Source of the DNA: Candidatus Moraniibacteriota bacterium
GTDB taxonomy: Bacteria; Patescibacteriota; Minisyncoccia; Moranbacterales; UBA1568
Assembly: GCA_013334575.1 (NCBI GenBank)
Contig: JAAXXG010000001.1
Location: forward strand, 41,280 to 105,279
DNA: 64,000 nt
Direction of reading: 5' to 3'
In this document: piece by piece, positions 37,178-46,970 of the stretch
Layout: each line of letters starts with the position of its first letter
Position numbering within the stretch: the first letter of the stretch is position 1
The notes under the pieces: generated by a model
Database searches by the model: none
What the model was told of the DNA's origin: nothing
Seen by the model: only the letters and a program-made list of their open reading frames with translations
Translations under genes and position numbers: made by a program

Positions 37178-38572
37178 ATGGGAACCGACGAAATGGAAAG
37201 CAGGCGGAAAGGCGGATACGCCGGTGTCGTCATCGCGGTCATATCCGCGCTGTTTTTGGTCGGATGGTTCGGATATTGGCAGTTCAGGAATCGCGGGCTT
37301 ACCGCGGTAGGAGATCTCGCCTCTTCGCTTCCGATTTCGACGGTCACACGGAACGAGACGCAGGCCTTCGCGCTTCTTGCGGATTCGGTTCTGCGAACCG
37401 ACGGACGGGATCGGACGTATCTTATCCTGTTTCAGAACAGTCTCGAGCTCCGTCCGGGAGGGGGTTTCATAGGCTCCTTCGGCATTCTTAAGGTGAAGGA
37501 CGGACACGTGACGGAGTTTACGACGCACGATACCGGGAATTTTGACGGACGTATTCCCGATACGGTGACGCCTCCGTATCCCATGAAGGAAACCCTCAAG
37601 ATCGCCTCGTGGAAACTCCGCGACTCGAACTGGGAGCCTGACTTTCCGACGAACGCGAGGAAGGCGGTGGAATTCTACGAGATGGGAGGAGGCGGTGAAA
37701 AGTTCGACGGGGTCGTCGGCATCACGACCGACGTGCTTTCGTCGTTTCTTTCCGTCACGGGTCCGGTCGAGGTTCCGGGATTTCCCGGGACATATGCCGC
37801 CGACAACGCCGTCGTCGATCTCGAACGGCAGGTCGAACAGTCGTACGCCGAACAAGGTATCGATTTCGGTGAACGGAAATCGGTACTCGCGCTTCTCGGA
37901 CGGGAAATCATCGCCAAGGTGAAGTCACTGCCCGCAGGAGACAGACTCCGCCTGTTCGGCGTCCTCCGTGATGACCTGAATCGCAAGGATATCCAGCTTT
38001 ACTTCTCCGACGAGACTCTCGAGAACGCGGTGATATCGTCCGGATGGGACGGTGGATTCGAGGGGAATCGGTCGGACGATTTTCTGATGATGGTCGATGC
38101 CAACCTTGGGGCATGGAAAACGGATTCCGTCATCCGGCGTTCGGCGTCGTACGTGGTCGATCTTTCCCGTGAGACACCGAGGGCGACCCTTTCCGTTACG
38201 TACGAACACACCGGGAATGAGAAGACCTTCATGGTGAAGGATTATCAGAGTTATCTCCGCGTCTATGTCCCTTCCGGAAGCCATTTCGATACGGTGACAG
38301 GCGGTGCGACCGACCCCGTCTACGGTGAATTCATGGGGAAAAAGTATGTCGGAACGATCGTTCAGGTTCCGATCGGGCAAAAAAGGACCGTACAATTCGA
38401 ATACGACCTTCCCGCCGATCTCGAACGCGAGTACTACGATCTTATGATTCAGCGACAGGCAGGGGCCGGCGATGCGCCGATAGCGATTACGGTTATCGGC
38501 AAGGACGGCTCTAAGATAGAACGGAACGCCACGCTCGACAGGGATTTCGTACTGAGCGAAGCGGGTGGATAG
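37178..38572 (+). CDS. DUF4012 domain membrane-anchored protein
   Basis: N-terminal TM. LFQNSLELRPGGGFIGSFGILKVKDG matches the DUF4012 signature as I recall it, a family often found beside polysaccharide loci. Confidence 0.5.
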   Translation: MGTDEMESRRKGGYAGVVIAVISALFLVGWFGYWQFRNRGLTAVGDLASSLPISTVTRNETQAFALLADSVLRTDGRDRTYLILFQNSLELRPGGGFIGSFGILKVKDGHVTEFTTHDTGNFDGRIPDTVTPPYPMKETLKIASWKLRDSNWEPDFPTNARKAVEFYEMGGGGEKFDGVVGITTDVLSSFLSVTGPVEVPGFPGTYAADNAVVDLERQVEQSYAEQGIDFGERKSVLALLGREIIAKVKSLPAGDRLRLFGVLRDDLNRKDIQLYFSDETLENAVISSGWDGGFEGNRSDDFLMMVDANLGAWKTDSVIRRSASYVVDLSRETPRATLSVTYEHTGNEKTFMVKDYQSYLRVYVPSGSHFDTVTGGATDPVYGEFMGKKYVGTIVQVPIGQKRTVQFEYDLPADLEREYYDLMIQRQAGAGDAPIAITVIGKDGSKIERNATLDRDFVLSEAGG

Positions 38573-38687
38573 GTCTTATCGGATCTTCGGAACGACTCGG
38601 ACCCGGTTTCTCGCCCACGAGAGACGGGTCCCGTTTGTTTCAGTCTTCCGTTCATGACGGATACGGGGTATGATATATCGTACCGAT

Positions 38688-39380
38688 ATGAGTATGCGTT
38701 TCGATTTCGTCTCCATCTTTCCCGAGTGCTTCGATTCCTATCTCGGGGTATCCATGATGAACCGGGCACGCCAGGACGGGCTCGTCTCGTTCCGTTTCGC
38801 CGATCCGCGCAAGTACGCTACCGATAAACATCATACGGTCGATGATTCTCCGTACGGCGGCGGGGCGGGCATGGTAATGAAGCCGGAGCCGCTCTTCGCC
38901 TGTGTCGAGGACCTGCTCTCGGAAGGGGAGGCGTCGCGCGATCGGACCAGGATCATTCTCTTTTCGGCGAAAGGAAGACCCTTCGTACAGGACGATGCCA
39001 GACGGCTCGTAGGGTCTTACGATCGACTCATCCTTATAGCCGGACGCTACGAGGGGGTGGACGAACGCGTCCACGAACATCTTGTCGACGAGGAGCTTTC
39101 GATCGGCGAATACGTACTCACCGGCGGAGAACTTCCGGCGATGGTCGTCGCCGACGCGGTTACCCGACTCATTCCCGGCGTACTCGGCAACGCCGAGAGC
39201 GCCGAGACCGAATCGCATTCCGAAGAGGGTGTCCTCGAACATCCGCAGTATACGAAGCCGGAGGAATTCAGAGGATGGCGGGTGCCGGATGTCCTGCTCT
39301 CCGGCCATCACGAAGAGATTCGGAAATGGCGCGAGCGGATGTCGTCACGCCGTGCCGGAACCGATATCGAAACGGTATGA
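38688..39380 (+). CDS. trmD: tRNA (guanine37-N1)-methyltransferase
   Basis: [13 protein letters not shown]...[17 protein letters not shown]. Alternative starts at 38670 and 38694. Confidence 0.85.
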   Translation: MSMRFDFVSIFPECFDSYLGVSMMNRARQDGLVSFRFADPRKYATDKHHTVDDSPYGGGAGMVMKPEPLFACVEDLLSEGEASRDRTRIILFSAKGRPFVQDDARRLVGSYDRLILIAGRYEGVDERVHEHLVDEELSIGEYVLTGGELPAMVVADAVTRLIPGVLGNAESAETESHSEEGVLEHPQYTKPEEFRGWRVPDVLLSGHHEEIRKWRERMSSRRAGTDIETV

Positions 39381-40525
39381 GCGTCCGACGACTGAGCGGA
39401 AGATCGGTCGCCAAGACGGATCGGACGACGTTCGATCGGCCGCTGCTTATGGCAGTCGCGCTACTTCTGGGTATCGGACTGGTGATGGTCGCAAGTGCCG
39501 GGGTGGCATACGGAAACCTCCGGTTCGAGGACGGAGCGTTTTTCCTGAAACGACAGTTTTTCGGAGTGATAGTCGGTGCCGTCGCCCTGTTCGCGTTCCA
39601 GCGAATCCCATACCGATTCTGGAAACGGGTGGCCGTCCCCATGTTCTTCGCCTCGATTGGGCTTCTTATTCTCGTCCTCATTCCCGGGGTCGGAACGTCC
39701 GCCTATGGCGCGGCCCGCTGGATCCAGCTCGGACCCATCCCTCCGTTCCAACCGTCGGAAATCATGAAGCTCTCCCTTATCGCCTATCTGGCGGCATGGT
39801 TTTCCGGCCGCGACCGCGGCGACATTTCCGATTTCTTCGAACACGTCATCCCGTTCCTGCTCATCCTCGGATCGGTCGCGTTTCTTATCCTGAAACAGCC
39901 GGATACCGGGACGCTCGCACTCATGTTCCTCATCGCGCTCTCGATGTTCTTCACGGCTGGCGGCCGACTTTCTCATATCGGGATCATGGTCGGATCGGGC
40001 CTGGCAGGTCTTGCCGTCCTTATCCTGATTGCCCCCTACCGAATGAAGCGCCTGCTCGTCTTTCTCAATCCCGACCACGATCCGACCGGAGCCGGATATC
40101 AGGTCCGGCAAGCGCTTATCGCGCTCGGTTCCGGGGGCCTTTTCGGAGTAGGTCTCGGGCACAGCAGGCAGAAGTTCCTGTATCTCCCGGAGCCGATGAC
40201 CGATTCGATCTTCGCGGTGCTCGGCGAGGAACTCGGCTTCATCGGCTGCATGGCGGTCATCTCGCTCTTCGTCTTTCTCGCGTATCGCGGATATCGCATC
40301 GCCAGGAACGCGCCGGACGAATTCGGCCGGCTCCTCTCGGTTGGCATCGTCTCATGGATCGTCTTTCAGGCATTCGTCAACATTTTCGCGATCAGCGGAC
40401 TGATGCCGCTTACCGGGGTTCCGCTCCCATTCATCAGTTACGGAGGAACTTCGCTGGCGGCGCTTCTCGGAGCGGTCGGCATATTGCTGAACGTCTCGAA
40501 AAACGCTACGATAAAGGGGAAATAG
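39377..40525 (+). CDS. ftsW: SEDS-family peptidoglycan glycosyltransferase FtsW/RodA
   Basis: 10 TM helices and SEDS motifs (e.g. [27 protein letters not shown]). ATGA overlap with trmD. Confidence 0.8.
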   Translation: MSVRRLSGRSVAKTDRTTFDRPLLMAVALLLGIGLVMVASAGVAYGNLRFEDGAFFLKRQFFGVIVGAVALFAFQRIPYRFWKRVAVPMFFASIGLLILVLIPGVGTSAYGAARWIQLGPIPPFQPSEIMKLSLIAYLAAWFSGRDRGDISDFFEHVIPFLLILGSVAFLILKQPDTGTLALMFLIALSMFFTAGGRLSHIGIMVGSGLAGLAVLILIAPYRMKRLLVFLNPDHDPTGAGYQVRQALIALGSGGLFGVGLGHSRQKFLYLPEPMTDSIFAVLGEELGFIGCMAVISLFVFLAYRGYRIARNAPDEFGRLLSVGIVSWIVFQAFVNIFAISGLMPLTGVPLPFISYGGTSLAALLGAVGILLNVSKNATIKGK

Positions 40526-40540
40526 AACCGAACGTCCCAT

Positions 40541-41683
40541 ATGCCGAAGCATGAAGCACACCGGAACGAGCTGCGTATCGTTCTTACGGGAGGCCTTACC
40601 GGAGGACATCTTTTCCCGTTGCTCGCCGTCGCGAAGGCCGTCGCGAATCGGTCATCCGTACCGGTCACGTTCCTCTACCTCGGTCCTCCCGGACGTTTCG
40701 GATGCGATGCCGTTCGGAACGAGAACATTCCCGTCCGACCCATCGTAACCGGGAAGCTTCGTCGGTACTTCTCTTTCCGGAACGTCGTAGACCCCTTTAA
40801 GGCCGTTATCGGTTTCGTACAGTCGATTTGGTACCTGTACGCGTTCATGCCGGATGTCGTTTTCGCGAAAGGAGGCGCCGTCTCGGTGCCCGTCTGTCTT
40901 GCGGCCTGGGCACTTCGGATTCCGTTCATGATTCACGATTCGGATGCGGTTCCCGGGGCCGCCAACAGGATGCTTGCCGGATTCGCTTCCAGGATCGCCG
41001 TCGCGTATCCGTCGGCGGCGGGCGAGTTCCCCGTCGAAAAGACCGCCGTCACGGGAAATCCCGTCAGGCCTGAACTGTCGGGCGGGATCGCGTCACGGGC
41101 AGATTCATACTTCGGCTTCGCCTCCGATAAACCGCTCGTACTCGTGCTCGGTGGCAGTCTGGGGGCGAAATCCCTCAACGCGGCGGTGGCCCGCATGCTA
41201 CCCGATGTCATACGCGAGACACAGATCCTACACCAGACCGGGGAGGCGGGATACGCGGAAACGGTCTCTATCGCCGGAGAATACGGCATCAAGGCGGGCC
41301 GGGAAGGATACGTCGTCACCCCGTTTCTTTCCGCTTCGGAACTCGCAGACGCGCTCGTCAGGGCGGATATCGTTATTTCCCGAGCCGGAGCCTCGACCGT
41401 TTCCGAGCTCGCCGCGTTCGGAAAACCCTCCATACTTGTTCCGCTTCCCACCGCCGCGAACGATGAACAGAGAATGAATGCCTATCAGGTGGCGGGCATC
41501 GGCGGGGCTGTCGTCCTCGAGGAATCGAACCTGGGCGAACATATTCTCTCGGCGAAGGTCGATGCGCTTCTTCGTGACGGGAATCTCCGTGAAGCGATGT
41601 CGGAAGCCATCAGGGCCTTTCATAATCCCGCGGCCGCAGATATGCTCGCCGACGGCATCATCGGACTTTCCGCAAACGCATGA
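40541..41683 (+). CDS. murG: UDP-GlcNAc:undecaprenyl-PP-MurNAc-pentapeptide GlcNAc transferase
   Basis: LTGGLTGGHLFPLLAVA G-loop and a GT28 C-terminal domain. Confidence 0.85.
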   Translation: MPKHEAHRNELRIVLTGGLTGGHLFPLLAVAKAVANRSSVPVTFLYLGPPGRFGCDAVRNENIPVRPIVTGKLRRYFSFRNVVDPFKAVIGFVQSIWYLYAFMPDVVFAKGGAVSVPVCLAAWALRIPFMIHDSDAVPGAANRMLAGFASRIAVAYPSAAGEFPVEKTAVTGNPVRPELSGGIASRADSYFGFASDKPLVLVLGGSLGAKSLNAAVARMLPDVIRETQILHQTGEAGYAETVSIAGEYGIKAGREGYVVTPFLSASELADALVRADIVISRAGASTVSELAAFGKPSILVPLPTAANDEQRMNAYQVAGIGGAVVLEESNLGEHILSAKVDALLRDGNLREAMSEAIRAFHNPAAADMLADGIIGLSANA

Positions 41684-43059
41684 AGATCCATATCGTCGGA
41701 ATAGAAGGAGCCGGGACGTCCGCATTGGCAACCCTGTACGCACGACGGGGTCATGCGGTTACCGGCTCGGATGACGGGGACCGGTTTTATGCGTCCGTAC
41801 TCGAACACGAAAACATTCCCGTTTCGGTCGGATTCGACGCCCAAAACGTTCCCGAAGACGCCGAGCTGGTCGTTTATTCGACGGCGTTCGCGGAGAATCC
41901 CGAAACGGCCAGGGCACGAGACCTCGGTATACGGACCCTGTCGTACCCGGAGGCGATCGGAGAGCTTACCCGCGAATACATGAGCCTGCTCGTCTGCGGA
42001 ACACACGGAAAGACGACTACCTCGGCCATGCTCGCGGAGACATTGCGATCGGCCGGAAAGGATCCGTCCGCCGTCATCGGGAGCCGCGTTCGGGAATGGG
42101 ACGGAAACTCCCTGAGCGGATCCGGCAACCTGTTTGTCCTCGAAGCGGACGAGTATCAGGATAAACTTTCGCTCTATCATCCGTTCGCCGTCATCCTGAC
42201 CAGTGTCGACTGGGATCATCCGGATTTCTTTCCGGACGAGACGTCCTACCGGAAGACGTTTGAACGGTTCGTTTCCAGGATACCGGCACACGGAGTGTTG
42301 GTCTCGTCGTCCGATTCGGCCTCTGTCGTCGCCGTCGCCGAATCGGCGCACTGCCGCCGAATCACCTACGGATTCGACGGAAACGCGGATTACCGTATCG
42401 TTGACCGACATGCGGTCACGGCCGCGGAATCGGGTCCGGAAGGCATACGGCAGCGTTTCTCGATCGAAACCGACGCGGGACCGCTCGGAGTCTACGAGCT
42501 TCGTCTGCCCGGAAAACACAACGCCCAGAATGCCGCCGCCGTCATAGCGCTCGCATCGTATCTCGGGGTCGATCCCGAGGCCGTCCGCTCGGCGCTTGCC
42601 TCGTTCATCGGGACGGCCAGACGAAGCCAGTATGTGGGGGAGTTCAACGGCATCCCGATATACGACGACTACGCGCATCACCCCGAAGAGCTTCGCGCGA
42701 CCATTTCCGCCTTCCGCGACGCGTATCCCGAACACCGACTCGTCGCCGTATTCCACCCGCATACCTTCACCCGTACGGCCGCGCTTCTCTCCGAATTCGC
42801 GCAGGCCTTCGACAACGCCTCGCGAGTGTTGGTTCTCGACATCTACGGTTCGGCCCGCGAGAAACAGGGAGGGGTTTCCTCGGCGGATCTCGTCGCGGGC
42901 ATCAACCGCTACGCGCCAGGAAAGGCGGAGCATATCCCGACGATCCCGGAAGCCGTCTCCCGTCTTCGCGATACCCTTGAAGACGGGGATCTTCTGGTCA
43001 CCTTCGGCGCCGGAGATGTCTGGCACGTAGCCGAGGGGGTAGTCGGAGCGGAAACGTGA
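41680..43059 (+). CDS. murC: UDP-N-acetylmuramate--L-alanine ligase
   Basis: MKIHIVGIEGAGTSALA...GTHGKTTTSAML. ATGA overlap with murG. Confidence 0.85.
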   Translation: MKIHIVGIEGAGTSALATLYARRGHAVTGSDDGDRFYASVLEHENIPVSVGFDAQNVPEDAELVVYSTAFAENPETARARDLGIRTLSYPEAIGELTREYMSLLVCGTHGKTTTSAMLAETLRSAGKDPSAVIGSRVREWDGNSLSGSGNLFVLEADEYQDKLSLYHPFAVILTSVDWDHPDFFPDETSYRKTFERFVSRIPAHGVLVSSSDSASVVAVAESAHCRRITYGFDGNADYRIVDRHAVTAAESGPEGIRQRFSIETDAGPLGVYELRLPGKHNAQNAAAVIALASYLGVDPEAVRSALASFIGTARRSQYVGEFNGIPIYDDYAHHPEELRATISAFRDAYPEHRLVAVFHPHTFTRTAALLSEFAQAFDNASRVLVLDIYGSAREKQGGVSSADLVAGINRYAPGKAEHIPTIPEAVSRLRDTLEDGDLLVTFGAGDVWHVAEGVVGAET

Positions 43060-43239
43060 GCATCGTGCAGGATGATTATGAATGAAGTATTCGAAAATCT
43101 GATAGTGCCGAAACGGATTCGAGAAAGGGATGCTGAAAATACTATCGATTCCTTGGATGTTTCGCCCGTCCGAAGATCTGATATCAAACAGCGCCATGAA
43201 AGCGGCTTGAGTCGGGAATAGTGGACTCGACGGGAAGTC

Positions 43240-44775
43240 TTGAAGACGCTGGTCGCCTTTCTCGGCGGGGCGGCGGTTTTTAGCGTGTCCGGTTGTGCGC
43301 TTGAAGGAAAAGAGGAAAGGACGGGAAATGATTTCGAAATCGAACGACTCCCGGATGATTTCTGGTTTCGGGTAATCACGAGGATCTACGAGCGCTTCGG
43401 CGAGGATCCGAATCCCATGCAGATCCGCGCTCATGCGATCGTCCGCGCGCTAGGTATCCCGTCGGGGCAGGTATCCGCACTGACATCGACCGAAGCCGCC
43501 GTCCGGACCGATTCGAAAACGGATGAGGTCATCGCGGAGAAACTGACCAACAGGGCCGGCGTCGAAATATTGCCGGAGCATATCTCCTCATCCGATATCC
43601 TCGACCTGTATCCGGACGGTTTGCCGGAAGAAATCAAACAACACCTCGATCCGCGAATCGTGGAGATGTTCGAAGCGCGGTACGAGCATGCCGCGGAGAT
43701 AAAAAGGCTGTACGGAGATACTGAAGACAGAAAAATCGCTTTGAATCAGGAAATCTATTTCAGGCTCCCGGGAGGCATCGACCTCCTGAGTATCGGCTAT
43801 GCGCATACGCCAGAATATCAGGAAATCCATGGTGATTACCTGGAGCGGATTTCAAGGAATGCGTCAGTTATCGCTATTGAAGGGTTTTCGAATTTTCCGT
43901 ACGGGGCAAGTAATGAAGCGCGATATCAAGGGGATGGCAAGGAAGATGGTCATTACGATAGACTCATGCATCGGGCCGTGCGAGCGGGTTTCAAAGGTCT
44001 GTTTGCCGAAGTGGATGCGAGGGATACTCGCGAGGATTGGGAGGTCCTTATGAAAACAGACGAGAGAAATCCGCTTCCGTTCATGGATGATTTTTATGAG
44101 AAATATCTGGCGTATATCCGCAGGGAACACCCGGTTTTGTATGCCGAGATAGGTTCGGAAGATCAATTCCGGAAGCTTCTCCTTCTGCAATTGACTGATC
44201 TGCCTGATAGGGAGGTGATGCGGAGTGGTCGAAGCTATGATGACCGTAGGGCGGTCGGAAGTGATTTCGAGTATGCTCCGGATCCCGAAGGGTTCGAATT
44301 CGGCCAGGTGTTATTTTCCGATGCACTCTCGGCCGTCAAGCTGCACCTTATCGGCAGGCTGATGGCGGACGGAAAAATCAGCAAAGGCCCGATTCTTGAT
44401 TTCGAGGGGGCGGCTCATCTCCCGAACAAGTCGTTCTTTCTCCGTTATCCGGAGTATGCCATGGAGGTTGTTCTGCGGACATTACCTGAACTTATCTCAT
44501 ATCACGCATTCGCTGACATACTCGCGCGGGACCTCGAGCATCCCGACTGGTCGGAAGTCGTTTGGCATATCGCCAAGCTTGCCTTCGCTCGGACAACCGA
44601 CGATCCGGATCGCATAGATTCGTTTTTCTACGACTACCTCGGTGAATACGGCATCGACCCAGAGACGGTCATCCCGTCGGACGAAGAGATACGTGAGATC
44701 ATGAGGCGGAAGAAATACACCGCTACAATCCGAAAGGAGAGTGTCGTCGACTCAAAATCTGGCCGCTCGGACTAG
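43240..44775 (+). CDS. Hypothetical lipoprotein (TTG start), AT-richer gene between murC and murB
   Basis: With TTG read as Met: MKTLVAFLGGAAVFSVSGC lipobox. No recognisable domain. Confidence 0.45.
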   Translation: MKTLVAFLGGAAVFSVSGCALEGKEERTGNDFEIERLPDDFWFRVITRIYERFGEDPNPMQIRAHAIVRALGIPSGQVSALTSTEAAVRTDSKTDEVIAEKLTNRAGVEILPEHISSSDILDLYPDGLPEEIKQHLDPRIVEMFEARYEHAAEIKRLYGDTEDRKIALNQEIYFRLPGGIDLLSIGYAHTPEYQEIHGDYLERISRNASVIAIEGFSNFPYGASNEARYQGDGKEDGHYDRLMHRAVRAGFKGLFAEVDARDTREDWEVLMKTDERNPLPFMDDFYEKYLAYIRREHPVLYAEIGSEDQFRKLLLLQLTDLPDREVMRSGRSYDDRRAVGSDFEYAPDPEGFEFGQVLFSDALSAVKLHLIGRLMADGKISKGPILDFEGAAHLPNKSFFLRYPEYAMEVVLRTLPELISYHAFADILARDLEHPDWSEVVWHIAKLAFARTTDDPDRIDSFFYDYLGEYGIDPETVIPSDEEIREIMRRKKYTATIRKESVVDSKSGRSD

Positions 44776-44859
44776 GGGTCTTCCGCGATTCCGACGGTTC
44801 CGTATGGTATACTGCGCAATGAAAGTCTCCTCTCGGCAGTAATCCGTCGCCGTTCGCTT

Positions 44860-45870
44860 ATGGAATTCCGAAGCAACGTTCCGCTCGCACACTATACGAC
44901 CTTCCGGATCGGAGGCCCGGCAAAACTCTACGCGGAAGTATCGGACGCAAGCGAGCTCTCGCTCGGATACGAACGCGCGGCGAAGGATCACCTGCCGGTA
45001 TACGTCTTTTCGGGAGGGAGTAACATACTCTTCTCGGACGAAGGATTCCCGGGTCTGATCCTCCGTCTCACGGACGGCGGATTCCGGATCCTTGACGCGG
45101 GACTTGTCTCCGTCGGCGCCGGACGGAAGCTGAACGAGCTTGTTACCGAGTGCTGCAAGTCGGGTTTGTCGGGTCTCGAAAGACTGGCCGGGATTCCCGG
45201 ATCGGTCGGAGGGGCGATCCGAGGAAACGCAGGCGCCTTCGGCGCAGACACGGGGTCGGTCGTCGCATCGGTCAAGGCGCTTGATACGAGGACCGGGATG
45301 GTGCGCGAGTATCAACGGGAGGAATGCGTTTTCGGATACCGGGAAAGTCTATTCAAACGGCATCCCGAACTCGTCGTCCTGTCGGCGGAATTCCGTCTCG
45401 GAACGGGCGCGGACCCGAAGGCCCTGCTTTGGAAGGCGGAATCGGTCCGGCGGGAACGCGAGGAAAAACACTCGCAGGACGCGTTCAGCGCGGGATCTTT
45501 CTTCATGAATCCGGTAGTACTCGACGAACGTCTTCGGGAGGAATTTCGACGGGATTCCGGAAAGGAACCTAAGGACGAGCGGCTTCCTGCGGGATGGATA
45601 ATCGACCAGGTCGGACTTCGCGGGCGAATCATCGGACATGCGAAGGTCAGCGAACAGCACCCGAACTATATCGTGAACACCGGAGGAGCAACCGCGGCGG
45701 AGGTGCTCACCCTCGTCTCGATCGTCAAGCAGAAGGTCCGGGACGAACTCGACATTCAGCTTCAGGCGGAAGTGCAGCTCGTCGGTTTCGGGCACGAATC
45801 AGCCAAACATCGAAGAAAACCGATCGAAAATCAGCCTGCGGATGAAAGCTGGCCGCCGCTCGGTACGTAA
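44860..45870 (+). CDS. murB: UDP-N-acetylenolpyruvoylglucosamine reductase
   Basis: FAD-binding N-terminus (HYTTFRIGGPA), GGSNIL, and a C-terminal MurB domain. Confidence 0.85.
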   Translation: MEFRSNVPLAHYTTFRIGGPAKLYAEVSDASELSLGYERAAKDHLPVYVFSGGSNILFSDEGFPGLILRLTDGGFRILDAGLVSVGAGRKLNELVTECCKSGLSGLERLAGIPGSVGGAIRGNAGAFGADTGSVVASVKALDTRTGMVREYQREECVFGYRESLFKRHPELVVLSAEFRLGTGADPKALLWKAESVRREREEKHSQDAFSAGSFFMNPVVLDERLREEFRRDSGKEPKDERLPAGWIIDQVGLRGRIIGHAKVSEQHPNYIVNTGGATAAEVLTLVSIVKQKVRDELDIQLQAEVQLVGFGHESAKHRRKPIENQPADESWPPLGT

Positions 45871-45914
45871 GAAGGTCGGGTGTATACTATGGGTGATCAG
45901 TAACGGCACGACGT

Positions 45915-46265
45915 ATGAGAACCACGTTTCTGGCGAAAGATTGTACGATACGCGACAGTGAGCGGGAGTATATCGAGAAGCGCCTTTCGGAGATTTCCGA
46001 CCTGTTCCATACCGATTCGCTCTTCGACGTCGAGGTCGACATGGATAAGAAGGGTTTTTTCCGGGTGGAGGTGAACGTACGGGAGCCTCACGATCTGACC
46101 CGGGCGGAAGAGACCTCAAAGAGCGTGGAAGGGTCTATCGACATGGTTATCGACAAGCTTCGGGTCCAGATCGTCCGCGAGAAGGACCGGAAACGCGACT
46201 TGCAGGAACGTGGCGCACGCTCAATCAAGAAAGGATTGGTCATCGACGATTCCGCAAGGTTCTGA
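45915..46265 (+). CDS. hpf: Ribosome hibernation promoting factor / RaiA family
   Basis: 116 aa with YfiA/HPF-type fold signatures (EKRLSEISDLF...VEVDMDK...AEETSKSVEGSIDMVIDKL). Confidence 0.8.
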   Translation: MRTTFLAKDCTIRDSEREYIEKRLSEISDLFHTDSLFDVEVDMDKKGFFRVEVNVREPHDLTRAEETSKSVEGSIDMVIDKLRVQIVREKDRKRDLQERGARSIKKGLVIDDSARF

Positions 46266-46334
46266 CCGTGTCCCGCGACGGGAAGTTCCGTAGATTCTTT
46301 CGTTAACACTATCCAGCCCGCAAGGAGGTGGGTC

Positions 46335-46832
46335 ATGAGAAACACACGCACAAGAAGGCATCCGATCATCATCGTCGGTGCAGGTGCCGATTTCGAGGAA
46401 ATCGGCCGTGATATCGCGGCACTGTCTCCCGAGCATCTCGTTCCCATATTCGCCGGCATGATCACGCGAATCAGGGAGGAGGGGGACGGAGACGCGGTGC
46501 GGGGAAGAACGCGTCTTTCCGGATTATTGGGGCGCGCGCTTGATGCCGCAGCGGGAGTGCACGCCTGTTTCGTGAGAATCGGATCGGAAGACACGTCGAA
46601 AAGCCGAAAATGGCATTACAGGACATCTCCCGAAAAACTTGGAGCCGGCATTATCGCTCTTCGTTACGATCTGACCGTTCGGGTTCTCCGGTCGATGCTT
46701 GAATCCTTCGCTCATCGGGAAGCGGGGAGGTATCGATCCGCTCTGAAACCGATGCTGATGTTCGTCGCGACGTTCGTGCGCATAGAGCGCTTGTGCACGC
46801 CGTATATCGAACAGGAAAAGAAGGGGGAATGA
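46335..46832 (+). CDS. Hypothetical protein
   Basis: AGGAGG RBS. A terminator hairpin follows at 46849-46885. Confidence 0.35.
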   Translation: MRNTRTRRHPIIIVGAGADFEEIGRDIAALSPEHLVPIFAGMITRIREEGDGDAVRGRTRLSGLLGRALDAAAGVHACFVRIGSEDTSKSRKWHYRTSPEKLGAGIIALRYDLTVRVLRSMLESFAHREAGRYRSALKPMLMFVATFVRIERLCTPYIEQEKKGE

Positions 46833-46848
46833 TGGATGATCCCCGTCG

Positions 46849-46885
46849 CGCCGCATGGCTTTGACGGGGACGTTTTTTGCCTTTA
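46849..46885 (+). terminator. Intrinsic terminator
   Basis: ccccgtcgcgccgcatggctttgacgggg followed by acgttttttgcc. Confidence 0.55.
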
Positions 46886-46970
46886 GAATAGGAAAAACGG
46901 AAAGTTTACGTTCCGGAAATGACCGGGACGCTTCCGATGATCCGGTTTCGTCCGCATAACTGTCTCCCGT

